Below, one piece after another: positions 11,539 to 22,492 of a DNA stretch of 64,000 nt (its first letter is position 1; each line of letters starts with the position of its first letter). The translations under genes were made by a program, and so were the position numbers. The stretch lies in the NCBI RefSeq assembly GCF_055900595.2, contig NZ_CM148325.1; one strand, given 5' to 3'. Under the pieces are notes generated by a model. That model was not told the origin of the DNA, made no database searches, and worked only from the letters and a program-made list of their open reading frames with translations.

Positions 11539-12225
11539 TTATTTGGTGATATTTTTTTCAATATCATGCAGCAAACGATGCAACATTGCCGTGTCTCGTT
11601 GCTCTAAAAGCCCCAGCCGTTGTTGTAACCAGTCGACCAGTTTTGTGTCATCTGCCACTGCCATGGTCGTCAGCAATGACATGGCTCGTTCGCGTAAAGC
11701 TTGCAGTTGATGTTGGTCTGCCGTTGTGTCACTTTTGGCCGGTTGTTGTATTAATGTTGCTAATTGATAGCAATAAACCATCACCGCCTGTCCCAGATTC
11801 AGCGAAGGATAATCTGCCACCATCGGGACACCAGTAAGAACGTCAGCCAAGGCTAACTCCTCGTTAGTCAGCCCGGAATCTTCGCGACCAAACACCAGCG
11901 CTGCATGGCTCATCCACGAGGATTTTTCCTCTAACAGCGGCACCAGTTCCACCGGCGTGGCGTAGTAATGATATTTCGCCCGACTGCGTGCAGTGGTGGC
12001 GACAGTGAAGTCGACATCGTGTAACGATTCAGCCAGAGTTGGGAAAACTTTAATATTATCAATAATATCACCAGATCCATGTGCAACCCAGCGGGTAGCT
12101 GGCTCCAGGTGTGCCTGACTATCGACAATTCGCAGCTCGCTAAACCCCATCGTTTTCATTGCCCGCGCCGCTGCCCCAATATTTTCTGCTCTGGCGGGTG
12201 CGACCAGAATAATCGTTATACGCAT
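11539..12225 (-). CDS. yjtD: SpoU/TrmH-family RNA methyltransferase YjtD (LasT)
   Basis: 228-aa ORF MRITIILVAPARAENIGAAARAMKTMGF…; synteny next to thrL. Confidence 0.85.
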   Translation of the reverse strand: MRITIILVAPARAENIGAAARAMKTMGFSELRIVDSQAHLEPATRWVAHGSGDIIDNIKVFPTLAESLHDVDFTVATTARSRAKYHYYATPVELVPLLEEKSSWMSHAALVFGREDSGLTNEELALADVLTGVPMVADYPSLNLGQAVMVYCYQLATLIQQPAKSDTTADQHQLQALRERAMSLLTTMAVADDTKLVDWLQQRLGLLEQRDTAMLHRLLHDIEKNITK

Positions 12226-12624
12226 ATTGACACTCTTCTTGACCTAATAACCGCGCACAGGGTGATCATTGTCAACTTATTACGCGGATCGAATTTACAA
12301 ACCCTTAACGTAAGTCGCAGAAAAAGCCCTTCACTTAACTTAAAAAAGGCTAAACTATTTCCTGACTATACTAATGGTTGAATTGTTAAAAAATGCTACA
12401 TATCCTTCTGTTTACTTAGGATAATTTTATAAAAAATAAATCTCGACAATTGGATTCACCACGTTTATTAGTTGTATGATGCAACTAGTTGGATTATTAA
12501 AATAATGTGACGAAAGCTAGCATTTAGATACGATGATTTCATCAAACTGTTAACGTGCTACAATTGAACTTGATATATGTCAACGAAGCGTAGTTTTATT
12601 GGGTGTCCGGCCCCTCTTAGCCTG

Positions 12625-12765
12625 TTATGTTGCTGTTAAAATGGTTAGGATGACAGCCGTTTTTGACACTGTCGGGTCCTGAGGGAAAGTACCCACGACC
12701 AAGCTAATGATGTTGTTGACGTTGATGGAAAGTGCATCAAGAACGCAATTACGTACTTTAGTCAT
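12625..12765 (-). CDS. yjjY: small protein YjjY (46 aa)
   Basis: Hand-translated minus-strand ORF MTKVRNCVLDALSINVNNIISLVVGTFPQDPTVSKTAVILTILTAT*, about 96 bp from arcA start. Confidence 0.6.
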   Translation of the reverse strand: MTKVRNCVLDALSINVNNIISLVVGTFPQDPTVSKTAVILTILTAT

Positions 12766-12860
12766 GTTACGCCGATCATGTTAATTTGCAGCATGCATCA
12801 GGCAGGTCAGGGACTTTTGTACTTCCTGTTTCGATTTAGTTGGCAATTTAGGTAGCAAAC

Positions 12861-13577
12861 ATGCAGACCCCGCACATTCTTATCGTTGAAGACGAGTTGG
12901 TAACACGCAACACGTTGAAAAGTATTTTCGAAGCGGAAGGCTATGATGTTTTCGAAGCGACAGATGGCGCGGAAATGCATCAGATCCTCTCTGAATATGA
13001 CATCAACCTGGTGATCATGGATATCAATCTGCCGGGTAAGAACGGTCTTCTGTTAGCGCGTGAACTGCGCGAGCAGGCGAATGTTGCGTTGATGTTCCTG
13101 ACTGGCCGTGACAACGAAGTCGATAAAATTCTCGGCCTCGAAATCGGTGCAGATGACTACATCACCAAACCGTTCAACCCGCGTGAACTTACTATTCGTG
13201 CACGCAACCTGCTGTCCCGTACCATGAATCTTGGTACTGTCAGCGAAGAACGTCGTAGCGTTGAAAGCTACAAGTTCAATGGTTGGGAACTGGACATCAA
13301 CAGCCGTTCGCTGATCGGCCCTGATGGCGAGCAGTACAAGCTGCCGCGCAGTGAGTTCCGCGCCATGCTTCACTTCTGTGAAAACCCAGGCAAAATTCAG
13401 TCCCGTGCTGAACTGCTGAAGAAAATGACCGGCCGTGAGCTGAAACCACACGACCGTACTGTAGACGTGACGATCCGCCGTATTCGTAAACATTTCGAAT
13501 CTACGCCGGATACGCCGGAAATCATCGCCACCATTCACGGTGAAGGTTATCGCTTCTGCGGTGATCTGGAAGATTAA
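12861..13577 (+). CDS. arcA: aerobic respiration control response regulator ArcA
   Basis: 238-aa [46 protein letters not shown]…; OmpR family. Confidence 0.95.
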
Positions 13578-13593
13578 TCGGCTTTACCACCGT

Positions 13594-13630
13594 CAAAAAA
13601 ACGGCGCTTTTTAGCGCCGTTTTTATTTTT
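13594..13630. terminator. bidirectional rho-independent terminator between arcA and creD
   Basis: AAAAAAACGGCGC-TTTTTA-GCGCCGTTTTTATTTTT: stem flanked by an A-run and a T-run. Confidence 0.8.
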
Positions 13631-13635
13631 CAACC

Positions 13636-14988
13636 TTATTTCCAGATACGTAACTCATCGTCCGTTGTAACTTCTTTACTGGCTTTCATTTTCGGCAGTG
13701 AAAACGCATACCAGTCGATATTACGGGTCACAAACATCATGCCGGCCAGCGCCACCATCAGCACACTGGTTCCCAATAACAGTGCGCTATCGGTAGAGTT
13801 GAGCAGTCCCCACATCACACCATCCAGCAACAACAGCGCGAGAGTAAACAACATGCTGTTGCGCCAGCCTTTTAATACCGCCTGCAAGTAAATACCGTTC
13901 ATTAACGCCCCTATCAGGCTGGCGATTATCCATGCCACGGTAAAACCGGTATGTTCAGAAAGCGCCAGCAAGAGCAAATAAAACATCACCAATGAAAGCC
14001 CCACCAGTAAATATTGCATCGGGTGTAAACGTTGATCGGTAAGCGTTTCAAAAACAAAGAAGGCCATAAAAGTCAGCGCAATCAGCAAAATAGCGTACTT
14101 AGTCGCCCGATCCGTTAATTGGTATTGATCGGCTGGCGTCGTCACTGCGACGCTAAACGCCGGGAAGTTTTCCCAGCCGGTATCATTACCTGAAGCAAAA
14201 CGCTCACCGAGATTATTAGCAAACCAGCTGCTTTGCCATTGCGCCTGAAAACCAGACTCGCTGACTTCCCGTTTGGCTGGCAGAAAATCACCTAAAAAAC
14301 TGGGATGCGGCCAGTTGCTGGTTAAGGTCATTTCGCTATTACGCCCGGCAGGCACCACAGAAAGATTGCCGGTACCGCTTAAATTCAGCGCCATATTCAG
14401 CTTCAGGTTCTGCTTGCGCCAGTCCCCTTCGGGTAAAGGGATATGCACGCCCTGCCCGCCTTGCTCTAACCCGGTGCCGGGTTCAATGGTCAGCGCCGTT
14501 CCGTTAACGTCAGGCGCTTTCACCACACCAATACCACGCGCATCCCCGACGCTAATCACAATAAATGGCTTGCCTAAGGTGATATTTGGCGCGTCGAGTT
14601 CGCTAAGACGCGAAACATCGAAATCGGCTTTTAGCGTTAAATCACTGTGCCAGACCTGACCGGTATAAATCCCAATCTTGCGTTCTTCCACGTTCTGATT
14701 GCCATCAACCATCAATGACTCAGGTAACCAAAAATGGATAAAACTTCGTTTCCGCTCCACGGTTTTATCCTCTTCCTGCACCGTATAAAGCTCGGTCACA
14801 GGAATAGCGATGAGCGGCCCAACGAGTTTTTGCGGCCCGCTGGTACTTTGGCGAATCGCATCTTCCACATCGCTACGATAATCGGCACGTTCGACAATCA
14901 GCTGCCGAATCAGCATTATCGGAATCAACAACAGCAATACTGCACCAAACAGGGTGGTCATTTTCCAGAACAGGGGGGATTTCAACAT
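13636..14988 (-). CDS. creD: inner membrane protein CreD
   Basis: 450-aa ORF; synteny downstream of creC. Confidence 0.9.
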   Translation of the reverse strand: MLKSPLFWKMTTLFGAVLLLLIPIMLIRQLIVERADYRSDVEDAIRQSTSGPQKLVGPLIAIPVTELYTVQEEDKTVERKRSFIHFWLPESLMVDGNQNVEERKIGIYTGQVWHSDLTLKADFDVSRLSELDAPNITLGKPFIVISVGDARGIGVVKAPDVNGTALTIEPGTGLEQGGQGVHIPLPEGDWRKQNLKLNMALNLSGTGNLSVVPAGRNSEMTLTSNWPHPSFLGDFLPAKREVSESGFQAQWQSSWFANNLGERFASGNDTGWENFPAFSVAVTTPADQYQLTDRATKYAILLIALTFMAFFVFETLTDQRLHPMQYLLVGLSLVMFYLLLLALSEHTGFTVAWIIASLIGALMNGIYLQAVLKGWRNSMLFTLALLLLDGVMWGLLNSTDSALLLGTSVLMVALAGMMFVTRNIDWYAFSLPKMKASKEVTTDDELRIWK

Positions 14989-15045
14989 AGTCTTCTCCTT
15001 TGCAATGGCAGCAGGATACGAAGGCTATGTGGGAAGAATTTGAAG

Positions 15046-16470
15046 CTATGTGAAGTGACGGTGAAGTCGAAGCGAGGCCAGCACGCCACCTTCCTGCACG
15101 TTGTGCAGCGTGACTTCGCCGTTAAACAAACGGGCGACCTCACTGGCGAACGCCAACCCCAGACCACTACTTTTTTGCCCATTCGCACGCGGCAAAGAGT
15201 AAAAGCGCTCAAAAACACGCGACAGGGCGTAGTCAGGAATACCACTACCGGTATCCAGCACCTTAAGCGTAACGTGTTCATGATCCACTTCAGCGCTTAG
15301 CGTTATACGACCGCCCTCGGGGGTAAAATCGATGGCGTTATCCAATAAATTCCCCAGCGCCTGCTCCAGTAACGCCGATTCAGCAGCAACGTTAACCTCT
15401 GTGGGCATAACATGTAGAGTGATGTTTTTTTCCGCCAACTGCACGGTGCGCGCTTCGCTGATGCGGCGAAATAATGCCGCCACATCAACAGCAGTCAGAA
15501 CGACTTCCTGACGATTCTCCAGTCTTGCCTGGCGTAGTAACGTTTCCACCAGCGCCTGCATTCGCGCATTTTGTGTCAGAATGTTGTCAGTAAAACGAGC
15601 CACCACTTCCGGCGGCGGACCTTCGCGTAAAATTTCCGCCGCACCACGAATCGCCGCCAGTGGGCTTTTTAGCTCATGAGTTAACGCATAAACATACTGC
15701 TCAATATAGTTTTTCCCTTCCAGCTTCACGCGCATACTTTCCAGCGCCTGAGCGAGTTTACGCAGCTCGCTACTACCGAGATCGGGGAGAGGAACGGGCT
15801 TATTGTCAGTGACAGAATCAGCATAGCGAGTGAGCCGGGCAATGGAGCGGTTGATCCACCAAACCATGCCTGCGCCAATCACCAGTGCAATCCCCAACAA
15901 AATGGCGCTGGCCCATAAAATTCGCCGCTCGCTGCGCTTAATGACCGGAGCCATCGCCGCGTTCGGTTTGCCTACGCTCAAAACGCCAATAAGCCGCGAG
16001 CCGTCCATAATCGGCGCGGCAACATACATCACAGAACTTTCGGGATCGGCAGGATTTTGCAACGTGCTGCGCGCACCATACTGACCACGCAACGTTAGCC
16101 AGACGTCATTCCAGCGCGAATAATCCTGTCCAACGGCTTTATTTGCCGAATCGAACAATACTTTGCCCTGCGCATCGGTCATATAGACATGATATTCATT
16201 GCGCACTTTGTTAATGCCACCGATATTGGCGCGAAACGGCCGATGTTGTAGCTGATTAAACGCCTGCGCCAGTTGCCCATGCGTTGGGTCCCCAGAGAGC
16301 AAATCGGGACGCGCCAGCTCCGCCAGCAACGTTGCGGTGTCGATCAACGTCCCCTCCGTTGCTCTTCGCACGCCCGGTTTAACTTCTTTGACAAAAATTG
16401 CCAGTACGAACCAGGCCGCCACTGCCACCAGTAAAAAATAGCCCAGCAACAACCGCATGCCGATACGCAT
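15046..16470 (-). CDS. creC: sensor histidine kinase CreC
   Basis: 474-aa ORF with HisKA/HATPase motifs (…HELKSPLAAIRGAAEIL…, …GSGLGLAFASEVARLFNGEVTL…). Confidence 0.92.
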   Translation of the reverse strand: MRIGMRLLLGYFLLVAVAAWFVLAIFVKEVKPGVRRATEGTLIDTATLLAELARPDLLSGDPTHGQLAQAFNQLQHRPFRANIGGINKVRNEYHVYMTDAQGKVLFDSANKAVGQDYSRWNDVWLTLRGQYGARSTLQNPADPESSVMYVAAPIMDGSRLIGVLSVGKPNAAMAPVIKRSERRILWASAILLGIALVIGAGMVWWINRSIARLTRYADSVTDNKPVPLPDLGSSELRKLAQALESMRVKLEGKNYIEQYVYALTHELKSPLAAIRGAAEILREGPPPEVVARFTDNILTQNARMQALVETLLRQARLENRQEVVLTAVDVAALFRRISEARTVQLAEKNITLHVMPTEVNVAAESALLEQALGNLLDNAIDFTPEGGRITLSAEVDHEHVTLKVLDTGSGIPDYALSRVFERFYSLPRANGQKSSGLGLAFASEVARLFNGEVTLHNVQEGGVLASLRLHRHFT

Positions 16471-17158
16471 TACAGTCCCCTCAGGCTATATCCCATGCCG
16501 CGATGAGTATTAATCGGGGAAAGATCGGGGTTAATGGCGCGCAGCTTGGCACGCAGCGTTTTAATGTGGGTATCGACGGTGCGATCGTAGGTGTCCTGCG
16601 CATCTTCCCATACGCTATCCATCAGTTGCTGGCGGGACCAGACGCGGCCCGGTGACTTGAGTAACGTCTTCAACAATAAAAACTCATACCGAGTCAGCGC
16701 TAATGGCGTGTCAAACCAGCTGATCTGCGCCGCGGGTTCATTCAATTCAAAATGTCCAATACGGATGACGGGAGACGGCGTCGAGAACTTCTTCACCCGA
16801 CGCAGTAGGTGCGCACCCTGGCGCACACTTCGCGGGGTGAAAACGGTTTAGCCACGTAGTCGTCAGCACCAATTTCCAGCCCAAGCAGGCGATCGACCTC
16901 TTCACTTCGGGCCGTCAGGAACAGTACAGGTAACGCCGGATGGAGCGCCAGTAACTGGCGGCACAATTCAAAGCCGCTAATATCCGGCAGACCAACATCG
17001 AGAATCATGACGTCGGGTACCTGCTGGCGAGCTTTATCCAGCACCGGCAAGCCTCGCTCAAAGACCTCGACGGCAAAACCTTCCTGCTGCAACATGTAGA
17101 CCAGCGTGTCGGCGATCCCTTGCTCGTCTTCTACTAACCAGACCGTTTCCCGTTGCAT
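16470..17158 (-). pseudogene. creB: creB response regulator disrupted by a 1-bp frameshift (receiver domain and winged-helix domain in different frames)
   Basis: Two overlapping ORFs 16793..17158 (121 aa, receiver) and 16470..16826 (118 aa, DNA-binding); span is 689 nt, one short of the 690 nt needed for 229 aa plus stop. Confidence 0.7.
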
Positions 17159-17170
17159 AAATCGCCTCTG

Positions 17171-17644
17171 TTATTGCCGCCACGGCATGACAGGAACCGC
17201 GCTAATCGCGTTTTTCGGCGAACCTTCTACAACTTTGTCGGAGTAAGCCAGATAAGCGAGCGCGTTGCGTTTGGCATCATAAAAGCGCACGACCTGTAAC
17301 GACTTAAAGACCAGGGACGTGCGTTTTTTGAAAACTACCTCGCCCTGAGCTTTGCCGTTTTTAATACGATCCGACAGTTCAATCGGCCCGACTTGCTGAC
17401 AAGAAATAGCCGCATCGGAAGTATCTTCCGCCAGGCCCAATCCCCCTTTAATACCGCCGGTTTTCGCCCGGCTCACATAGCAGGTGACATTTTTCACATC
17501 GGGATCGTCAAAGGCTTCCACAACAATTTTGTGATCAGGGCCGATCATTTTAAATACAGTGTCGACCGAACCAATCTCTTCTGCATGAGCCAACGGCCCC
17601 AGCATTATCAGGCTTAAAGACAGAATCAAATGCTTGTATTTCAT
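17171..17644 (-). CDS. creA: periplasmic protein CreA
   Basis: 157-aa ORF with signal peptide [21 protein letters not shown]; first gene of creABCD. Confidence 0.9.
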
Positions 17645-17854
17645 ATTGTTACCATTTTTATCTATTACATGAGCAATTAGTTCACCACGATAAATAACAT
17701 ATTGATTAAGAACAAAATCTCAATACTTTTATTTCCGTCAAGCCCTAAAACATACGCTACTAAGAAAAAAACACTGAATGCTAAAACAGCAAAAAATGCT
17801 ATTATCCAATTACCTGATGTCAGGTGCTCGTTGTTGAAAGGATGAGGATATTTT

Positions 17855-18724
17855 ATGGATCAGGCCGGCATTATTCGCGACCTTTTAATCTGGCTGGAAG
17901 GTCATCTGGATCAGCCCCTGTCGCTCGACAATGTAGCGGCGAAAGCAGGTTATTCCAAGTGGCACTTACAGAGAATGTTTAAAGATGTCACTGGTCATGC
18001 TATTGGCGCGTATATTCGTGCTCGTCGTTTGTCGAAATCGGCGGTCGCACTACGCCTGACTGCGCGTCCAATTCTGGATATCGCGCTGCAATACCGCTTC
18101 GACTCTCAACAGACATTTACTCGCGCATTCAAGAAGCAGTTTGCCCAAACTCCTGCTCTTTACCGCCGTTCTCCTGAATGGAGCGCCTTTGGTATTCGCC
18201 CGCCGCTGCGTCTGGGTGAATTCACCATGCCAGAGCACAAATTTGTCACCCTGGAAGATACGCCGCTGATTGGTGTTACCCAGAGTTACTCCTGTTCGCT
18301 GGAACAAATCTCTGATTTCCGCCATGAAATGCGTTATCAGTTCTGGCACGATTTTCTTGGCAACGCGCCGACCATTCCGCCTGTGCTCTACGGCCTGAAT
18401 GAAACGCGTCCGAGCCAGGATAAAGACGACGAGCAAGAGGTGTTCTATACCACCGCATTAGCCCAGGATCAGGCAGATGGCTATGTATTGACCGGGCATC
18501 CTGTGATGCTGCAAGGCGGTGAATATGTGATGTTTACCTATGAAGGTCTGGGAACAGGCGTGCAGGAGTTTATCCTGACGGTATACGGAACGTGCATGCC
18601 AATGCTTAACCTGACGCGCCGTAAAGGTCAGGATATTGAGCGATACTACCCGGCAGAAGATGCCAAAGCGGGAGATCGCCCAATTAATCTGCGCTGTGAA
18701 CTGCTGATTCCGATCCGTCGTTAA
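17855..18724 (+). CDS. rob: AraC-family right-origin-binding protein Rob
   Basis: 289-aa ORF MDQAGIIRDLLIWLEGHLDQPLSLDNVAAKAGYSKWHLQRMFKDVTGHAIGAYIRARRL…. Confidence 0.95.
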   Translation: MDQAGIIRDLLIWLEGHLDQPLSLDNVAAKAGYSKWHLQRMFKDVTGHAIGAYIRARRLSKSAVALRLTARPILDIALQYRFDSQQTFTRAFKKQFAQTPALYRRSPEWSAFGIRPPLRLGEFTMPEHKFVTLEDTPLIGVTQSYSCSLEQISDFRHEMRYQFWHDFLGNAPTIPPVLYGLNETRPSQDKDDEQEVFYTTALAQDQADGYVLTGHPVMLQGGEYVMFTYEGLGTGVQEFILTVYGTCMPMLNLTRRKGQDIERYYPAEDAKAGDRPINLRCELLIPIRR

Positions 18725-19368
18725 CGCTGCAGCTCATCTAATGCAGGGGCGTCCAGATGCGAGATGTCCCCTGCGGTTTCAACCACCCAGCCAGACGCCA
18801 GCCACAAGCTTTCCTGATAATCCACGCGCGAAATAGAACAGTTACGCAGACGTAAGCGACGCTCTGCCCATGCTGGTAATCCGAGAATCGTACTCACCAG
18901 GCATCCCAGTGCAATACCGTGGCTCACCAGCAGCGGTCGGCTTCCCTGCGGTAATTCCCGACAAGATTCCAGTGCCGCATTGACACGATCGCTGAGCTCC
19001 TGCATAGACTCGCCTTCAGGAATACGTCCGTCGACAGTGCCATTGACCAGTTGGCGACGCCAGTTTTCTTCTTCTTCGGTGAGTGAATCGATATTTCTTG
19101 TTTCCAGTACACCCATATTTAATTCACGCAGGCGAGAATCAAAGATGATGTCACAGCCGCAGGCCTGGGCGATGATTTCCGCCGTGCGGCGGGTGCGCCC
19201 TAAATCGCTACTGATGATATGCGTAATGCCAAGCTCTTTGGCACGGGTCGCCACCTGCATCGCCTGTTGCTCACCTTTGGCAGTCAGCGGGCTGTCAGAC
19301 TGGCCCTGAATACGTCGCTCGGCGTTCCACTGCGTTTCACCGTGGCGGACTAGGTATACCTGTAACAT
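18721..19368 (-). CDS. gpmB: probable phosphoglycerate mutase GpmB (YtjC)
   Basis: 215-aa ORF MLQVYLVRHGETQWNAERRIQGQSDSPLT…; His-phosphatase RHG motif. Confidence 0.9.
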   Translation of the reverse strand: MLQVYLVRHGETQWNAERRIQGQSDSPLTAKGEQQAMQVATRAKELGITHIISSDLGRTRRTAEIIAQACGCDIIFDSRLRELNMGVLETRNIDSLTEEEENWRRQLVNGTVDGRIPEGESMQELSDRVNAALESCRELPQGSRPLLVSHGIALGCLVSTILGLPAWAERRLRLRNCSISRVDYQESLWLASGWVVETAGDISHLDAPALDELQR

Positions 19369-19407
19369 GCTTTTTTTCCGTATACTGCTGTAACGTTAAT
19401 TTTCTGA

Positions 19408-20270
<863 letters not shown>

Positions 20271-20302
20271 TTAGCGGGGGAAGCAAAATACCTCCCCCGG
20301 TT

Positions 20303-20320
20303 GTACTCGCTAAAGAGTAC
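20303..20320 (-). promoter_or_regulatory. TrpR operator in the trpR promoter (autoregulation)
   Basis: Palindrome GTACTCGCTAAAGAGTAC about 50 bp upstream of trpR start, matching the GTACT…AGTAC Trp-box pattern. Confidence 0.7.
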
Positions 20321-20344
20321 GATAGCATATCATAAACGTGCGGA

Positions 20345-22282
20345 TCAGTAACGACGTCCCCATTCCGTGGCGCTCATCAACGTTGGTTTATCCCCCATGA
20401 AATAGCGGTAGTAAGCGTCATAAGCCAGCACGTTCTTCACATAACCGCGCGTCTCGGAGAACGGAATACTCTCGACAAATGCCACTGCGTCGATACGACC
20501 AGCGCTATTGCCAAGCCAGGTGCGCACTCGTCCAGGTCCGGCGTTATAAGCTGCTGAGGCGAAAATACGGTTATTGCCAAACTGCTGATAAACATATTGC
20601 AGGTAACTGGTGCCGATGTTGATGTTCGTTTCCGGATCCAGCAATTGCCCAGGGCTGCTGTAGCCAGGAATAGAGAACATCTTCACCGTATGGGTCGCCG
20701 TACCAGGCATAATCTGCATCAGCCCGCTGGCCCCTACCGGTGACTTCACTTTCGGATTCCAGGCACTCTCCTGACGGGCAATCGCCATCGCATAGCTTTG
20801 CGGGATCTCCTTACCGCTGGTGTAACGTTTGAAAAGATCGTTGTAGGCCAGCGGGAATCGCTCTTCCAGATGATCCCACAACTTCCCGGCGATCGTCGCC
20901 TGAACGCTGAGATCCCACCATTGGTTGTTGAAAGCATACCGTGCCAGCTGTGCCTGCTCTGTTTTTGACTTGCTCTTCACCAGATTGGCCCACTCGCTAC
21001 GCGCGGTGTTATCGAGATTCCAGTACATCAACTCGCGCACGCGCGCCATCTCCGGCCCCTGAGTCAGAGTGCTGTCAACATTCTGCGGCGCTTTATCAAT
21101 CTTCAGCTCATACTCTTCGCCGATGCGCTGTGCAGCAACCATCGGGTAGAAACCACGCTGTTGCATAAGTTGATGCAGAATCTCTTTCGCTTCAGCTTCA
21201 CGTCCGCGTTCCAGCAATAAATCGGCCTGCCAGTAACGCCATTCATCTTTCTCTTTCGCTTCCATCGGCAAACGCGCCAGCCAGGTATTCAGGCCACGCC
21301 GATCGCCAGTACCAAGCGCCATCCGCACTCGGCGTTCAATCAACGAGGTGGATTGCGAGCGCATAATGGCGTCATCGCGCCATTTCGCCTGCTCGTCGGT
21401 GACATCGTTGCCCATCAAACGCCAGGCGACGATATCGCGCAGTTCCTGAATCTGATCTTCATTAAGCTGCTGTGCCTGAGCAAGCGATGGAATCATCAGC
21501 CGTGCATTTTCAGCATCCTGCCGCGCCACGCTGGCAAACGCCACCGCCGCCATTTGACGGGTAAAATCGGTCGCACCGGTTGTACGCGCGAAGGTCAGTA
21601 CCGTATTAGGGTTGTTCGCCAGAGAAATAATCGCCGAGGCGATAGTCTGGTAATCAGCAGGCATCTGCCCTGCCAGCACTGTCACCAGGCCTGTGTTACC
21701 CGCTTTCATCGCCAGACGGATACGCTCCAGATACGCCAGCGGATCTTGTTTGCCTGACGCACGCCAGACGCTAAATAACTTGTCACAGGCGTTAGGCTGG
21801 CTCTTGCCGGTTAGCCACAGCTCTTTCGCCCCTTGCCAGGCTTCTTCACTCTGCCCGGTGTTCCATTTCGCATAGTAGTAATTACATTGCGCTTCGGTAG
21901 TTCCGGGCTTTTCCGGGCTAAAGGCTAACAAGCCACGCCAGTCTTCACGCCGCGCCAGTTCATTGACGAAACGAGATTGCAGCGTGCGAGCGGGAGGAAG
22001 CGTGGGGTTAGCGCGAACAAAGTTAGTGACCGTCACCGCCGGTTGATTCATCAGGTCATCGGTGATCTGGCGGTATTCCAGATAGGGATAAAGTGGATAA
22101 TCCTTCAATCCAGGCATCATTTGTTCGACCACATCCATTTGTCGATTATCCCAGGCCTGCTTAATTTGCGCGTAACGGCTACGCTGCTCATCCAGTGAGT
22201 CGGCTCGCGCCACGCTGCTGACCGTCAGCAGACAGACACCGACAGCCAACAGCCGCCAGGTAACGTGTTTGGCTTTTTCCAC
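20345..22282 (-). CDS. slt: soluble lytic murein transglycosylase Slt70
   Basis: 645-aa ORF with signal peptide and C-terminal lysozyme-like motifs (…ESAWNPKVKSPVGASGLMQIMPGTA…). Confidence 0.93.
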   Translation of the reverse strand: MEKAKHVTWRLLAVGVCLLTVSSVARADSLDEQRSRYAQIKQAWDNRQMDVVEQMMPGLKDYPLYPYLEYRQITDDLMNQPAVTVTNFVRANPTLPPARTLQSRFVNELARREDWRGLLAFSPEKPGTTEAQCNYYYAKWNTGQSEEAWQGAKELWLTGKSQPNACDKLFSVWRASGKQDPLAYLERIRLAMKAGNTGLVTVLAGQMPADYQTIASAIISLANNPNTVLTFARTTGATDFTRQMAAVAFASVARQDAENARLMIPSLAQAQQLNEDQIQELRDIVAWRLMGNDVTDEQAKWRDDAIMRSQSTSLIERRVRMALGTGDRRGLNTWLARLPMEAKEKDEWRYWQADLLLERGREAEAKEILHQLMQQRGFYPMVAAQRIGEEYELKIDKAPQNVDSTLTQGPEMARVRELMYWNLDNTARSEWANLVKSKSKTEQAQLARYAFNNQWWDLSVQATIAGKLWDHLEERFPLAYNDLFKRYTSGKEIPQSYAMAIARQESAWNPKVKSPVGASGLMQIMPGTATHTVKMFSIPGYSSPGQLLDPETNINIGTSYLQYVYQQFGNNRIFASAAYNAGPGRVRTWLGNSAGRIDAVAFVESIPFSETRGYVKNVLAYDAYYRYFMGDKPTLMSATEWGRRY

Positions 22283-22492
22283 AAGCGCATCCTCTAAGTG
22301 TCAATACATCAATGCAGCGTCATGCCGCGTAATAGATTTATGCTAACCAGTCATTGCCGTTTACGCCACGTTACGGACACTTTTTTACTTTTACTGCGAG
22401 GGTGATCGACCGGCTGGGATTAGATAAGGAAACAGGCTACACTTCGCCTTTGAAAACTCATCATCACGATAAACATAGAGGCGAAGTCCAAC

